A DNA stretch of 64,000 nucleotides from Candidatus Micrarchaeota archaeon RBG_16_49_10 (GCA_001784635.1 MFRS01000003.1:138763-202762), one strand, 5' to 3'; numbered from the stretch's first letter, positions 52,236 to 61,453 are shown. The notes: generated by a model not told the origin, from the sequence alone. Numbers and translations are program-made.

Positions 52236-53263
52236 GCGAAGCAAAGTTCATCGTGAGCAAGCCGAAAGTCCTGGAGCAGTACAAAATGTTGAGAGACTTG
52301 GCGCTAGAAGTATCCTACAGCGTCAAGAACTTCACGGAGATTTGCTGGGTATTGGAGGACAATACAGATTCATTCTTCAGCGCGCACATGTTCCAGTCCC
52401 TGCAGTTCGTGAAAGATATGACAAAGGTTTGGTTTTTGGCCCAGGCATGGAACCATGATTTCATCGAAAAGTTGGTTGGCATAGGAGTCAGGAATTTTGT
52501 CGTCGATAATGAGGCCGATTTGGAACCTCTGGTAAAATATTTGGATGGTAAAAACGTTAAAATAAATCTCCTCTTGAGGATGAGGCTGAAGGAGCATACT
52601 ATACACACCGGCAAGTATTTCGTCTTCGGGATGTACTCCCACCAGATAAACGGCCTTATTCCTCAACTCAGAGACAACAAGAACATAGACAAACTTGGCA
52701 TCCATTTTCACAGGAAGACGCAGAACACGAGCGAGTGGTTCATAAAGGATGAGATATCCCAGGTTATCGCGAAAGAGACGCTTGAGAAAATAGACTTATT
52801 CAACATAGGCGGGGGAATCCCAATAGAGTACAAGAACACATCAGGCAGCAACCTGAAGCAGATTTTTCAGAGAATAGCTGAGTTCAAGGAGTGGTTGGGG
52901 AAGGAGTACAATGTTAAAACAATAATAGAGCCCGGCAGGTTCATAGCAGGCCCACCCACGAAGTTGGAGACCGAAGTGCTGTCTGTCCATGGGAATAACG
53001 TGATTGTCAACGCGTCAGTCTACAATTCCTCTTTGGATACTATTGTCTTTGGGCTGAAGCTTTTGGTAGAAGGGGAACTTGAAGAAGGCGAAGATTTTTT
53101 GATAAAAGGGTGCACCCCATGTTCGATGGATATCTTCAGGTACAATGTGAAATTGAAACAGCCAAAGGTTGGCGATAAGGTTGTCTTCCTGAACGCGGGG
53201 GCATACAACTTCGCCTCGGATTTCTGCAACTTACCGAAATTGGGAGTAGAGTTTACAGACTAA
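52232..53263 (+). CDS. PLP-dependent group IV decarboxylase (Orn/DAP/Arg or carboxy(nor)spermidine decarboxylase-like), short form
   Basis: 343 aa. YSVKNF at the PLP-Lys position, GIHFH, NIGGGIP, EPGRF and GAYNF motifs. The ATG overlaps the dys stop (ATGA). Confidence 0.65.
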   Translation: MSEAKFIVSKPKVLEQYKMLRDLALEVSYSVKNFTEICWVLEDNTDSFFSAHMFQSLQFVKDMTKVWFLAQAWNHDFIEKLVGIGVRNFVVDNEADLEPLVKYLDGKNVKINLLLRMRLKEHTIHTGKYFVFGMYSHQINGLIPQLRDNKNIDKLGIHFHRKTQNTSEWFIKDEISQVIAKETLEKIDLFNIGGGIPIEYKNTSGSNLKQIFQRIAEFKEWLGKEYNVKTIIEPGRFIAGPPTKLETEVLSVHGNNVIVNASVYNSSLDTIVFGLKLLVEGELEEGEDFLIKGCTPCSMDIFRYNVKLKQPKVGDKVVFLNAGAYNFASDFCNLPKLGVEFTD

Positions 53264-53317
53264 GATAAGCTAGTTATGGTTGGTTTCAACATCCTCTATA
53301 AATAATCTATTAAAAAA

Positions 53318-53491
53318 CTACTTGGGACATAAAAAATTGCTTATCCACGGTTTCGATTCAGTCTGTCCTGTATAACCCTTAACAAATACATGAATAAAGT
53401 CAGCTATGTTGCATCTAAAGGCTACAACAAAGAGAACAAACAAAATTACTATAATCAACAAAATCTTTTTACGGTCTAATTTTATTCCCAT
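53318..53491 (-). CDS. Possible 57-aa single-TM protein (below the ORF-track cutoff)
   Basis: My translation is MGIKLDRKKILLIIVILFVLFVVAFRCNIADFIHVFVKGYTGQTESKPWISNFLCPK. It sits in an AT-rich spacer. Confidence 0.25.
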   Translation of the reverse strand: MGIKLDRKKILLIIVILFVLFVVAFRCNIADFIHVFVKGYTGQTESKPWISNFLCPK

Positions 53492-53557
53492 AAGATTAAC
53501 TTGCGTTTCTTTACTTAAAAAAATATTTATTCCGTCATTTTTGATAGATGATTCAAT

Positions 53558-54388
53558 CTAACTCTTTATCTCGACAACATCCCTATCCATCAAGACATGC
53601 TCCAGCCCAACCTGAGCCCCGCTGAACTTCACCGACTTTCCCCAAACCTTCGCATACCGGAAATGCTTCAGGAACGCCTTGTGCACTTCCTTGACAACGT
53701 CCTTGACAATAGACCCATTTTTTAGGATGATCGGTTTCGCTTCAGCCTTCTTCCCGGGCGTCTTGGTGTAAACCCTTAACAGACCTAGGTTACCCCAAAT
53801 ATCTTTCTTCAGCTTCTCAGTGTCAACCTTTATCTTCGTGGTGACATAGAGGATTTTCTTGTGCAGTTCCCTCCTGCTCAACATGTTCTGCAGCTCTTTT
53901 TTCTGCGTTTCCAAGTTCCTGTTGCTGTCCAGAAGCATTAACAAAAGGTCGCAGGTGTAAATGAGGCTCATGACCTCAGGCTCGAAGGTCGAGGGTATCT
54001 CTATTATCTGGACCCACACGTCCTCGTGCTTCATCATCCCGAACTGCGGCACGGTCGTCGTGTAGGGGTAATCAGCAACCTCAGCGTTTATACCTGTCAG
54101 CTCGTTGAGCAGGGTGGTTTTCCCTGAGTTCGGCAACCCTATGATGCATACCTGCGCAGCGCCCTCCTTCTTTATCGAGAACTTCGGTTTGGACCCTCTT
54201 TTAGGTGGCTTCTCATTCTTAAGTTTTGCAAGCTTCTTTTTTAAATTTGCTAAAGAATTTTCACTTGACTTATGTTTAGGTAAAAGTCTAATCATTTCTT
54301 CTAGGCAAGCTATTTTATCCTCCCTAGTCTTGGCCTCTAGAAATTTTTCCTCAGCCTTGTAGTATTCAATCGAGGCGTTTACCGGCAT
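53558..54388 (-). CDS. DRG/Rbg-type OBG-family GTPase with TGS domain; G3 and G4 motifs degenerate
   Basis: 276 aa. G1 is GLPNSGKTT and G2 is DYPYTT. The C-terminal TGS region is RVYTKTPGKK...YAKVWGKSVKFSGAQVG..HVL.DRDVVEI. The expected DLPG reads EIPS. Confidence 0.75.
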   Translation of the reverse strand: MPVNASIEYYKAEEKFLEAKTREDKIACLEEMIRLLPKHKSSENSLANLKKKLAKLKNEKPPKRGSKPKFSIKKEGAAQVCIIGLPNSGKTTLLNELTGINAEVADYPYTTTVPQFGMMKHEDVWVQIIEIPSTFEPEVMSLIYTCDLLLMLLDSNRNLETQKKELQNMLSRRELHKKILYVTTKIKVDTEKLKKDIWGNLGLLRVYTKTPGKKAEAKPIILKNGSIVKDVVKEVHKAFLKHFRYAKVWGKSVKFSGAQVGLEHVLMDRDVVEIKS

Positions 54389-54623
54389 CTTCTCCCTCTA
54401 AAAATTGCTTCGCGGCCTTTATGTGGCTGCAGTCCGTGAATTTCAGCGAGAAGAACTGGCAGTCGCAGGACCACTTGTTTTTGGCCTTTTCGTAGATGAC
54501 TGACTTCTCCTCCCCCCCCGTCTCAACCGTGAAGAATATCCTCCTCTCATTCTCTATGTCCTTCTTGACCTTCCCCTGCTTGGCAAGCCAGTAGGCCTTC
54601 ATCCTAGTCTTCCACGAAACCAT
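54366..54623 (-). CDS. SWIM zinc-finger protein
   Basis: 85 aa with CDCQFFSLKFTDCSHI (CxC...CxH). It overlaps the GTPase start by 23 nt. Confidence 0.6.
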   Translation of the reverse strand: MVSWKTRMKAYWLAKQGKVKKDIENERRIFFTVETGGEEKSVIYEKAKNKWSCDCQFFSLKFTDCSHIKAAKQFLEGEDAGKRLD

Positions 54624-54740
54624 GAAGAATTATTGTCGGTTAAGAATAATAGTTTTGGGATTTCGATTATTAGGTAACATATTTTCACACCTTTAAGTCA
54701 AAACAAAGGCTATTTAAGATTATTTTCCCTCAAAACTCAC

Positions 54741-55157
54741 ATGGCAAGTGTAGTAAAGGCTGCATGGGAACTGACGATTGAAGATGCTAGACATTCCTGT
54801 TCACACCCCCCTGCTGAATTAAACCGTTCTCCGAAAGATATTAGAAAAAAAAGTAAAGCTTTAGAGACTGCTATCAAATATGTCGAAAATTCAGGTCTTC
54901 CAGAAGATTTAGGCCAACTCTATGATGATTTGAAAAGATACGAGGCCGAGTCGTTTAAAGGAATTTTGCCGAAGATAGATTTGGGACTTGCTGTAGACGC
55001 ATTTTATTTCCTGCGGGCGTCTTTGGGAGTTGTTCCCCAAATGGAGTGCTATAGGATGTACAGGAGAAACCCGACACCAGAGGAATTTCAGAGATTTACG
55101 GAAGGCGATGGGATACTAAATTACAAGATGATACGGGCCAGAGAGAACCGACTCTAA
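54741..55157 (+). CDS. Hypothetical protein
   Basis: 138-aa ORF, helical, no motif recognised. Confidence 0.4.
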   Translation: MASVVKAAWELTIEDARHSCSHPPAELNRSPKDIRKKSKALETAIKYVENSGLPEDLGQLYDDLKRYEAESFKGILPKIDLGLAVDAFYFLRASLGVVPQMECYRMYRRNPTPEEFQRFTEGDGILNYKMIRARENRL

Positions 55158-55218
55158 CAATTGCAGTCCCGAAAGGTACAGTTCAAACTATTAAATATTC
55201 GACGCCAAATTCTTCGTT

Positions 55219-56100
55219 ATGCAGGATGTTATAAAACAGCTCGAAAAGATGAAAGTCAAAAAAATATTAATACAGGTTCCTGAAGGTCTGAAGGCGAAAG
55301 CCGTGGAGTTTTCCAGTCGTTTGGAGAAGGCCGGCTTCGAGACTGTCATAAGCTGCGAGGAGAACTTCGGCGCCTGCGACATCAGGGACGACGAGGCTGT
55401 AAGGATGGGCTGTGGCGCTGTCCTTCACATAGGCCATAACGACTTTGGCATCAAGGCGGCCGTACCTGTCGTTTATCACGATTACTATTTTGATATTGAC
55501 CCCACCAACATACTTAAAAAAGAGATGAAGAAGCTTGGCAACTACAAAAGAATAGGCCTCTTCAGCAGCCTTCAGTTCTTGAAAGCCATGGATAGGGCAA
55601 AAAAATACCTGGAAAAAAATGGCAAAAAAATAGTCGTCGGCAAGGAAGGCATGGAGTGCGAGGGCCAAGTGTTGGGTTGCAGGCTCCAGAACGTGAAATC
55701 TATAGAGGACAAGGTCGACTGCTTCCTATATGTGGGTGCCGGGCTGTTCCACCCCTTGGGAGCTGCCCTGGAGACCGAAAAACCGGTCTACACGCTTGAT
55801 GTCGAAAAGCGGACTATAAAGAATCTAAAAGAAGAGAAGATGAAGTACCTGAAGAAGAGGGCATGGTTCGAGAGTGAGCTCGAGGAGGCGAAGACTGTAG
55901 GGATACTCGTCTCCTGGAAAAAGGGGCAGAACAGGGTTTCCGAGGCCTTCAAGCTGAAGAAAAAGCTTGAAAAAAACGGCAAAAAAGTCACTATACTCGC
56001 CTTCGACAAGATTGACAAGGTCAAGATCGAGGGGATGAAGTTCGACGTCCTCGTCACAATGGCCTGCCCGAGGATGGGGGACGAGTACATATTCCATTAG
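55219..56100 (+). CDS. dph2: Diphthamide synthesis protein Dph2 (2-(3-amino-3-carboxypropyl)histidine synthase)
   Basis: 293 aa. ILIQVPEGLK...FGACDI...GHN..G pattern and the C-terminal ACPR. Confidence 0.85.
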   Translation: MQDVIKQLEKMKVKKILIQVPEGLKAKAVEFSSRLEKAGFETVISCEENFGACDIRDDEAVRMGCGAVLHIGHNDFGIKAAVPVVYHDYYFDIDPTNILKKEMKKLGNYKRIGLFSSLQFLKAMDRAKKYLEKNGKKIVVGKEGMECEGQVLGCRLQNVKSIEDKVDCFLYVGAGLFHPLGAALETEKPVYTLDVEKRTIKNLKEEKMKYLKKRAWFESELEEAKTVGILVSWKKGQNRVSEAFKLKKKLEKNGKKVTILAFDKIDKVKIEGMKFDVLVTMACPRMGDEYIFH

Positions 56101-56105
56101 GCGTT

Positions 56106-56741
56106 TTGATGATGAAGAAACAGCTTGCGATTGTCCTTTCAAGGCTGAAGCCCATAGAGGACCCAGACCCGGATTCTGAACAGTACACGATACCCGGCGA
56201 TTTGGCGGCTGAGATACTAAATCTCGCGCATTTAGCGGGCGATATCGAGGGGAAGACCGTGATAGACTTGGGCTGCGGCTCGGGGAGGCTTGTGATAGGG
56301 GCCCTGATATTAGGAGCCGGCAAGGCAATAGCTGTCGACAAGTATAATGCCGTTATAAAGACAGCCAAGGAAAATGTCAAGATGGCCGAAGAAATGACCT
56401 CCATGAGGTTTTCAGACAAAATAGAGTTCATAACGTCGGATGTCTCCGAGGCAAAGCTGAAGGGCGACACCGTGATTCAGAACCCCCCGTTCGGGATACA
56501 GAAGGAACACTCAGACAGGGCATTCCTCGAAAAGGCCCTGGAATCCGCGGGCAAGGTCTACTCTTTGCACCGCTCCTACCACAAGTCCAGGGACTTCATC
56601 CAAGGCTTTGTTGAGCAGAGGAAAGGGGAGGTGGGAAAGATTATTAAATTTAAGTTCCGAATACCATACATGTTTAGGTTCCACAGGAAGAGGGCAGTGG
56701 AGTTCGATGTGGACCTTTTCGTGATCAAGAAGGTGAAATGA
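56106..56741 (+). CDS. METTL5-like N6-adenine RNA methyltransferase (COG2263)
   Basis: 211 aa. VIDLGCGSGRL, AVD and VIQNPPFG (NPPF) motifs. Confidence 0.8.
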   Translation: MMMKKQLAIVLSRLKPIEDPDPDSEQYTIPGDLAAEILNLAHLAGDIEGKTVIDLGCGSGRLVIGALILGAGKAIAVDKYNAVIKTAKENVKMAEEMTSMRFSDKIEFITSDVSEAKLKGDTVIQNPPFGIQKEHSDRAFLEKALESAGKVYSLHRSYHKSRDFIQGFVEQRKGEVGKIIKFKFRIPYMFRFHRKRAVEFDVDLFVIKKVK

Positions 56742-57019
56742 TGGAAATCGCTGTTTTGAAGGATGACAAGGACGGCTTCCTGCTTGAGCTCAAGGGCGAG
56801 ACCAAGTCCTTCGCCAACCTCATAAGGGAGGAGCTCTGGAACGACTCGAACGTTCTGGAGGCGGCAGCCATAAAGGAGCACCCCTACAACACCCACCCCA
56901 AGATATTCGTCAAGATGAAGGGGAAGAGCGACCCCAAGAAGGCATTGAAGGAGGCGGCCAAGAGGGTGCAGGGGAAGCTGAAGGAGCTCGACGCCGAGTT
57001 TAAAAGGCACCTCAAGTGA
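56738..57019 (+). CDS. rpoL: DNA-directed RNA polymerase subunit L (Rpo11)
   Basis: 93 aa. ELKGETKSFANLIREEL...EHPY...PKIFVK. Confidence 0.85.
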   Translation: MMEIAVLKDDKDGFLLELKGETKSFANLIREELWNDSNVLEAAAIKEHPYNTHPKIFVKMKGKSDPKKALKEAAKRVQGKLKELDAEFKRHLK

Positions 57020-57047
57020 CTAATTTATTTATTATTGGTTTTCTAAA

Positions 57048-57734
57048 TTGATTTCAGATATCATGTATGAGCCATACGGTGAAAAGAAGAAGCTAGATTT
57101 CTCCCAGATAAAACAGAAGATACAGGAAAAGTTTAAGGACCTAAACTTAGGCAACCTGAACAAACACAGCTACATCGTGATAATACTTCTCCTTTTAGCG
57201 ACGGTCGGCGGCATAACCGGCTGGGTCACCTACTCCGGGAAGGTCACAGAGATGGAGAAGAAGTATGTGATTATGGAGAAGCAGATCCAGACACTGCAGA
57301 CCGACTTGGGCGTCTCCCAGCAGGACGTCAACCAATGCACGGTAGACCTCCAGACTACACAAGGCAACCTCAATGCAAAGGAGGAGGAACTCAAGAGCAC
57401 CCTTGTCACACTCTCGGAGAGGAACAACGACCTGGAGAGTTGTAATGCGGAGGGCTCTAACCTGAAGGGTGAGATAACATCCTTGCAGAACGATGTGGAC
57501 GACCTTAACATAAAGGTTGAAGACCTGAATGATGAGATAGACAACTTGAACGATGATTACGATGAGCTCGAGGCCGACCTGAACAACATGGCCTGCAGGA
57601 TAGCCAAACTATCCTCGTGCGACTACTATATCGTCCAGGATGGCAGCAAGGTCATCTGCTGCTTCAAGTTCGAGGGGAAGTACATCTGCTCAGGGAGCGT
57701 AGTGACCGACGGGATAAATCAAGTCAACTGCTAG
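57048..57734 (+). CDS. Membrane-anchored coiled-coil protein with C-terminal Cys module (paralogous architecture to 12986-13729)
   Basis: 228 aa. TM helix YIVIILLLLATVGGITGWV, a long heptad region, then CDYYIVQDGSKVICCFKFEGKYIC. Confidence 0.6.
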   Translation: MISDIMYEPYGEKKKLDFSQIKQKIQEKFKDLNLGNLNKHSYIVIILLLLATVGGITGWVTYSGKVTEMEKKYVIMEKQIQTLQTDLGVSQQDVNQCTVDLQTTQGNLNAKEEELKSTLVTLSERNNDLESCNAEGSNLKGEITSLQNDVDDLNIKVEDLNDEIDNLNDDYDELEADLNNMACRIAKLSSCDYYIVQDGSKVICCFKFEGKYICSGSVVTDGINQVNC

Positions 57735-59383
57735 GCTTTTTTCATTTTTATTGAACTTTTTATGAACTCCAGGAAGAGCGGGTGCGGCTCTATCGGCGTG
57801 GACTTGTACTCAGGATGCCCCTGTGTGCCTATGAAGAAGGGATGCACGGATTGCGGCAGCTCTATCATCTCGACGAAGAAGTTGTCAGGCGAAGTCCCGG
57901 ATATGACCAGCCCATTCTTCTCGAACTCGTCCCTGTACTTGTTGTTGAACTCGAACCTGTGCCTGTGCCTCTCCGATACGAGTCCTTTTTTCTTGTCCTT
58001 GAAAGCATTATGATTCTCGTAAATCTTGTAAACATACGTGCCTTTTTTGAGCACGCAGTCATAGGCCCCAAGTCTCATGGAAGTCCCATCACCCTTTATG
58101 ACCTGGTACTTCTTGTTGAACGGGATTTCGTGCAATATCGGGTAGGGTGTCTTCGGGTCAACCTCGCTCGACTGCGCCCCCTTCCAGCCAATCACATCCC
58201 TCGCGAACTCGACGCAGGCTAGCTGCATCCCGTAGCAAAGGCCGAGGAAAGGTATCTTCTTCTCTCTCGCAAACTTTATGGCCTTTATCTTCCCCTCGAC
58301 CCCCCTTGCCCCCCAACCTATGGGGACGATTATGCCTTGAGAGCCTTTCAGGAGTTCCTCGACGTCCTTTTCCCTCTTCTCGGAGTTTATGAAGTTGAAC
58401 ACCGGGTTCACGTTCAGCTCCCAGCAGGCGTGCCTTATCGCCTCCAAAAGCGCGAAATATGAGTCCGCCAGGGAATAGTTCCCGGTGCCGAAGTATTTCC
58501 CGACTATAGAAATCTTGACCTCCCCCTTCTTCTCCTTCACCTTTTTGGCCAGCCTCTCCCAGTCCGACATGTCGATACCCTTGGCCTTCATTCCGAACAG
58601 CTCAAGGATTACATTGTCGATTCCCTGCTTGTGGAGCAGCAGCGGAACGGAATAGACGCAACCCACGTTAGGGTTCGAGAACACGTTCTTCGGCTGGATG
58701 TTACATGTGAGGGCGAGCTTGTACCTTCTCTGGTCGTCCACATCCCCCTCGCTCCTCAGGATGACTATATCAGGCTGTATTCCCATCGCCATCAGCTGCC
58801 TTATCGAGAGCTGGGTTGGTTTGGTCTTCGGCTCCCCAATATGTGGCGGTATCGGGACGTAGCTGACATGGATGTGGATTACGGACCCCTTCTCGAGGGC
58901 CATGACCCTGCTCGCCTCGTAGTAAAGCACGTTCTGGTATTCCCCCACCGTCCCCCCCAGTTCAATAACCACGAAGTCCGCCTTCCCCTTCTCGCCGGCA
59001 TCCTTTATTCTCCTTATAATCTCATCGCAGACGTGCGGGATAGCCTCGACATCCTCCCCTTTGTAGCCCATCGACCTTTCTCTGTCTATCACGGTCTTGA
59101 AAATCTGGCCCATGGTCACGAAGTTGTCCTTCCCCATTTTCTGGTTCAGGAACCTCTCGTAGTTCCCCAGATCCATGTCCGCCTCAAGCCCGTCCTCGCA
59201 GAGGAACGGGTCGCCGTGCTCTATGGGGTTTATCGTGCCGGAATCGACGTTGAAGTAGTTCTCGCACTTGACCGGCACTACCTTGAAGCCGTGCCTTTTC
59301 AGCAGGAGCGAGATGGAGGAGGCTACTATACCTTTGCCGACGCTTGACATTACCCCCCCTGAAACAAAGATGTACCTTCTCAT
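57731..59383 (-). CDS. pyrG: CTP synthase
   Basis: 550 aa. YIFVSGGVMSSVGKG, the GATase domain with GLCYGMQ, and HRHR(F/Y)E. Confidence 0.97.
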   Translation of the reverse strand: MRRYIFVSGGVMSSVGKGIVASSISLLLKRHGFKVVPVKCENYFNVDSGTINPIEHGDPFLCEDGLEADMDLGNYERFLNQKMGKDNFVTMGQIFKTVIDRERSMGYKGEDVEAIPHVCDEIIRRIKDAGEKGKADFVVIELGGTVGEYQNVLYYEASRVMALEKGSVIHIHVSYVPIPPHIGEPKTKPTQLSIRQLMAMGIQPDIVILRSEGDVDDQRRYKLALTCNIQPKNVFSNPNVGCVYSVPLLLHKQGIDNVILELFGMKAKGIDMSDWERLAKKVKEKKGEVKISIVGKYFGTGNYSLADSYFALLEAIRHACWELNVNPVFNFINSEKREKDVEELLKGSQGIIVPIGWGARGVEGKIKAIKFAREKKIPFLGLCYGMQLACVEFARDVIGWKGAQSSEVDPKTPYPILHEIPFNKKYQVIKGDGTSMRLGAYDCVLKKGTYVYKIYENHNAFKDKKKGLVSERHRHRFEFNNKYRDEFEKNGLVISGTSPDNFFVEMIELPQSVHPFFIGTQGHPEYKSTPIEPHPLFLEFIKSSIKMKKA

Positions 59384-59403
59384 TATTACCAGAGTTTTTC
59401 GGT

Positions 59404-60768
59404 TTAGGAAGTTAAATATTTCCAGTACCTGTGCAGAGCAGACAGCGCCTTCACCGCCCTCTCAGGGCTTGGGAGGACTGCCACACCGTTCGCCATCAGC
59501 CTTTTGTTCATCCTCTCCGAGAACTCCCCGCCCGTCGAGCACACGACTATAGGCCTGTTATGCTTCTTCATGGCCGTTATACAATCCACAACATCCTCGC
59601 CCAGTGTGGGGACCTGGAACAGCGTGATGATGAGGAATGCGTCGAACTCCTTGCTTTTTACCGTCTCCTCCAGCGTCAGCCTGTACCTCTCGGCGTCCGC
59701 ATCGCCAGTGAGGTCTATAGGGTTGTTCTTAACCGTGTAGTCCGGCAGAATATCCTTCAACCTCTTTTTGAGCTCTTTCGAAGGCTCCGGGAGCTCTAAA
59801 CCTGCCCTTTCAGCCTCGTCTGTCGCAAGCACACCAAATCCACCGCCATCCGTGACTATCAACAACCTCTTCCCCCTCGGCAAGGGCTGGCTGGAGAATG
59901 TCCTCGCGAAGTCGAAAAGCTCCTCCCAGGTCTCGGCCTCTATCAAACCCGCCTGTTTGAAGGCGCCCGAATAAATATTTCCCGATCCTGCCAGAGACCC
60001 AGTATGCGATGAGACGGCCTTTTTCCCCTTCTCTGACTTCCCCGCCTTGAGCACGATGATAGGCTTCTTCCTGGATACCCTCCTGCACACCTCTATGAAC
60101 CTTTTCCCGCTGTCTTTTATCCCCTCTAGGTAGACCGCTATAACCCTAGTGTCCCTGTCCTCCCCCAGGTACTCTATCAGGTCCGTCTCCGTTATGTCCA
60201 TGGCATTTCCGTAGGAGATGAACTTCCCTATCCCCGTCCCCTGCTCCGCAAGCCAGTCCAGCATCGTAGAGCCTACAGCTCCTGACTGCGAGACGAAGGA
60301 TATGTCGCCCTTCCCGGGCCTCCCGCACCTTTCCTTTGGTAGGAATATCGTATCCACGGATGAACTGGAATCGTAAATCCCCAGGCAGTTGGGCCCTATC
60401 ACCCGCGTCTTAGTGCCTGAAATTATCTTCCTGCACTCCTCCTCCAGATGCTTGTTCCCTATCTCCGAGAAGCCGCCGCTTATGATTATGACTACCTCCA
60501 CCCCCTTCTCGACGCAGTCTGCCAGCGCCTCAGGGACGCCTTTCGCAGGTATCGAGATGACAGCTAAATCCACCTTGTCCGGGATGTCAAGGACGTTCGG
60601 GTAAACCCTTTTCCCGAGTATCGGCTCGGTGTTCGGGTTGATGGGGTAGATATCCCCTTTGAAGCCGTCCATGAAGCTCTTCAGGATTATGTAGCCTATC
60701 TTGCCTTCGCTGTGGGAGGCACCAATTATAGCCACATTTTTGGGCCTGAAGAACTTATCAAATGGCAT
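59404..60768 (-). CDS. acdA: ADP-forming acetate--CoA ligase, alpha (CoA-binding/succinyl-CoA-synthetase-like) subunit
   Basis: 454 aa. FRPKNVAIIGAS...GKIG, NPIDLTGDA and the phosphohistidine-loop-like SHTGSLAG. No beta subunit is adjacent. Confidence 0.8.
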   Translation of the reverse strand: MPFDKFFRPKNVAIIGASHSEGKIGYIILKSFMDGFKGDIYPINPNTEPILGKRVYPNVLDIPDKVDLAVISIPAKGVPEALADCVEKGVEVVIIISGGFSEIGNKHLEEECRKIISGTKTRVIGPNCLGIYDSSSSVDTIFLPKERCGRPGKGDISFVSQSGAVGSTMLDWLAEQGTGIGKFISYGNAMDITETDLIEYLGEDRDTRVIAVYLEGIKDSGKRFIEVCRRVSRKKPIIVLKAGKSEKGKKAVSSHTGSLAGSGNIYSGAFKQAGLIEAETWEELFDFARTFSSQPLPRGKRLLIVTDGGGFGVLATDEAERAGLELPEPSKELKKRLKDILPDYTVKNNPIDLTGDADAERYRLTLEETVKSKEFDAFLIITLFQVPTLGEDVVDCITAMKKHNRPIVVCSTGGEFSERMNKRLMANGVAVLPSPERAVKALSALHRYWKYLTS

Positions 60769-60873
60769 GAATATTATTGGACTTTTTAATTGATAAAAGT
60801 GGAATAAGAAAAACAGTTTTTTCTATTTAGTAGAAAAACTCATTTTAAATCCGCATTTTTATAAACAATTGTT

Positions 60874-61146
60874 ATGGCAACAGATTCGTCAAACCTATAC
60901 ATGGTTACCGTCCAAAATCCTGAAAAAATTTTCGCAGTAGCAAAAGGAGTTGAGGCATATTATGGCACTCAGGTTTACATGTTAGACAGACTTCTTCCAA
61001 ACCATTTTTTACTTTTAATTCAACCCTCGTCACATCCAATGGATGATACATTAAATTCTATTATGGAATATCTTGAAAATACGGGCCCTTCTATACTCGA
61101 AGAGTTAAACCCTGGACCACGTATTATGAATACAATAAAGACTTAA
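60874..61146 (+). CDS. Hypothetical small protein (AT-rich)
   Basis: 90-aa ORF, no motif. Confidence 0.35.
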   Translation: MATDSSNLYMVTVQNPEKIFAVAKGVEAYYGTQVYMLDRLLPNHFLLLIQPSSHPMDDTLNSIMEYLENTGPSILEELNPGPRIMNTIKT

Positions 61147-61171
61147 GAGCTTTACACGTCAATTATTATTT

Positions 61172-61424
61172 GCAAGGGACCTCTGGTTGGGAGACTAGCC
61201 CTCTCCTGTTAACTCTAACGGGCTACAAGGGTGACCACAGTCCAAAGGCGGAACAACCCCATGGTCAAGTCCGGGTTGCCGACTGCGAAGCCTCGTCTCC
61301 AGGGACAGCAGGCAGTTCGAACTAGGTGAGGCGGGGAACCGAGCAGCCTTAAGGGATGCTTGCGGTGCTCTCGAGCTCTCGGGGTGGAGAAGGCAATTTG
61401 GGCTAACTTGACTGGAAGGATTGC
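61172..61424 (+). ncRNA. Probable signal recognition particle RNA (7S/SRP RNA); ends approximate
   Basis: A GC-rich non-coding stretch. ctaGGTGAGGcggGGAAccgAGCAGCCttaagg matches the helix-8 pattern (symmetric-loop residues flanking a GGAA tetraloop; compare bacterial GGUCCGGAAGGAAGCAGCC). ggGTGAcc and cAGTCCaaagg resemble the Alu-domain loops. The 5' end (gcaa..cct ctggttggg..ctagccc) can pair with the 3' end (gggcta..cttgactgg aagg..ttgc) using G-U pairs. Confidence 0.6.
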
Positions 61425-61453
61425 CTCAACTTTGGGCGTGCCCCTTGCTTTTC

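Noticed and set aside
56106-56190. C/D-box-like tgatga ... ctga ... ctga pattern at the start of the METTL5-like gene
   Set aside because: It lies inside a well-supported CDS (the MMMKKQ start). The box spacing and terminal stem were not convincing, so it is most likely chance.
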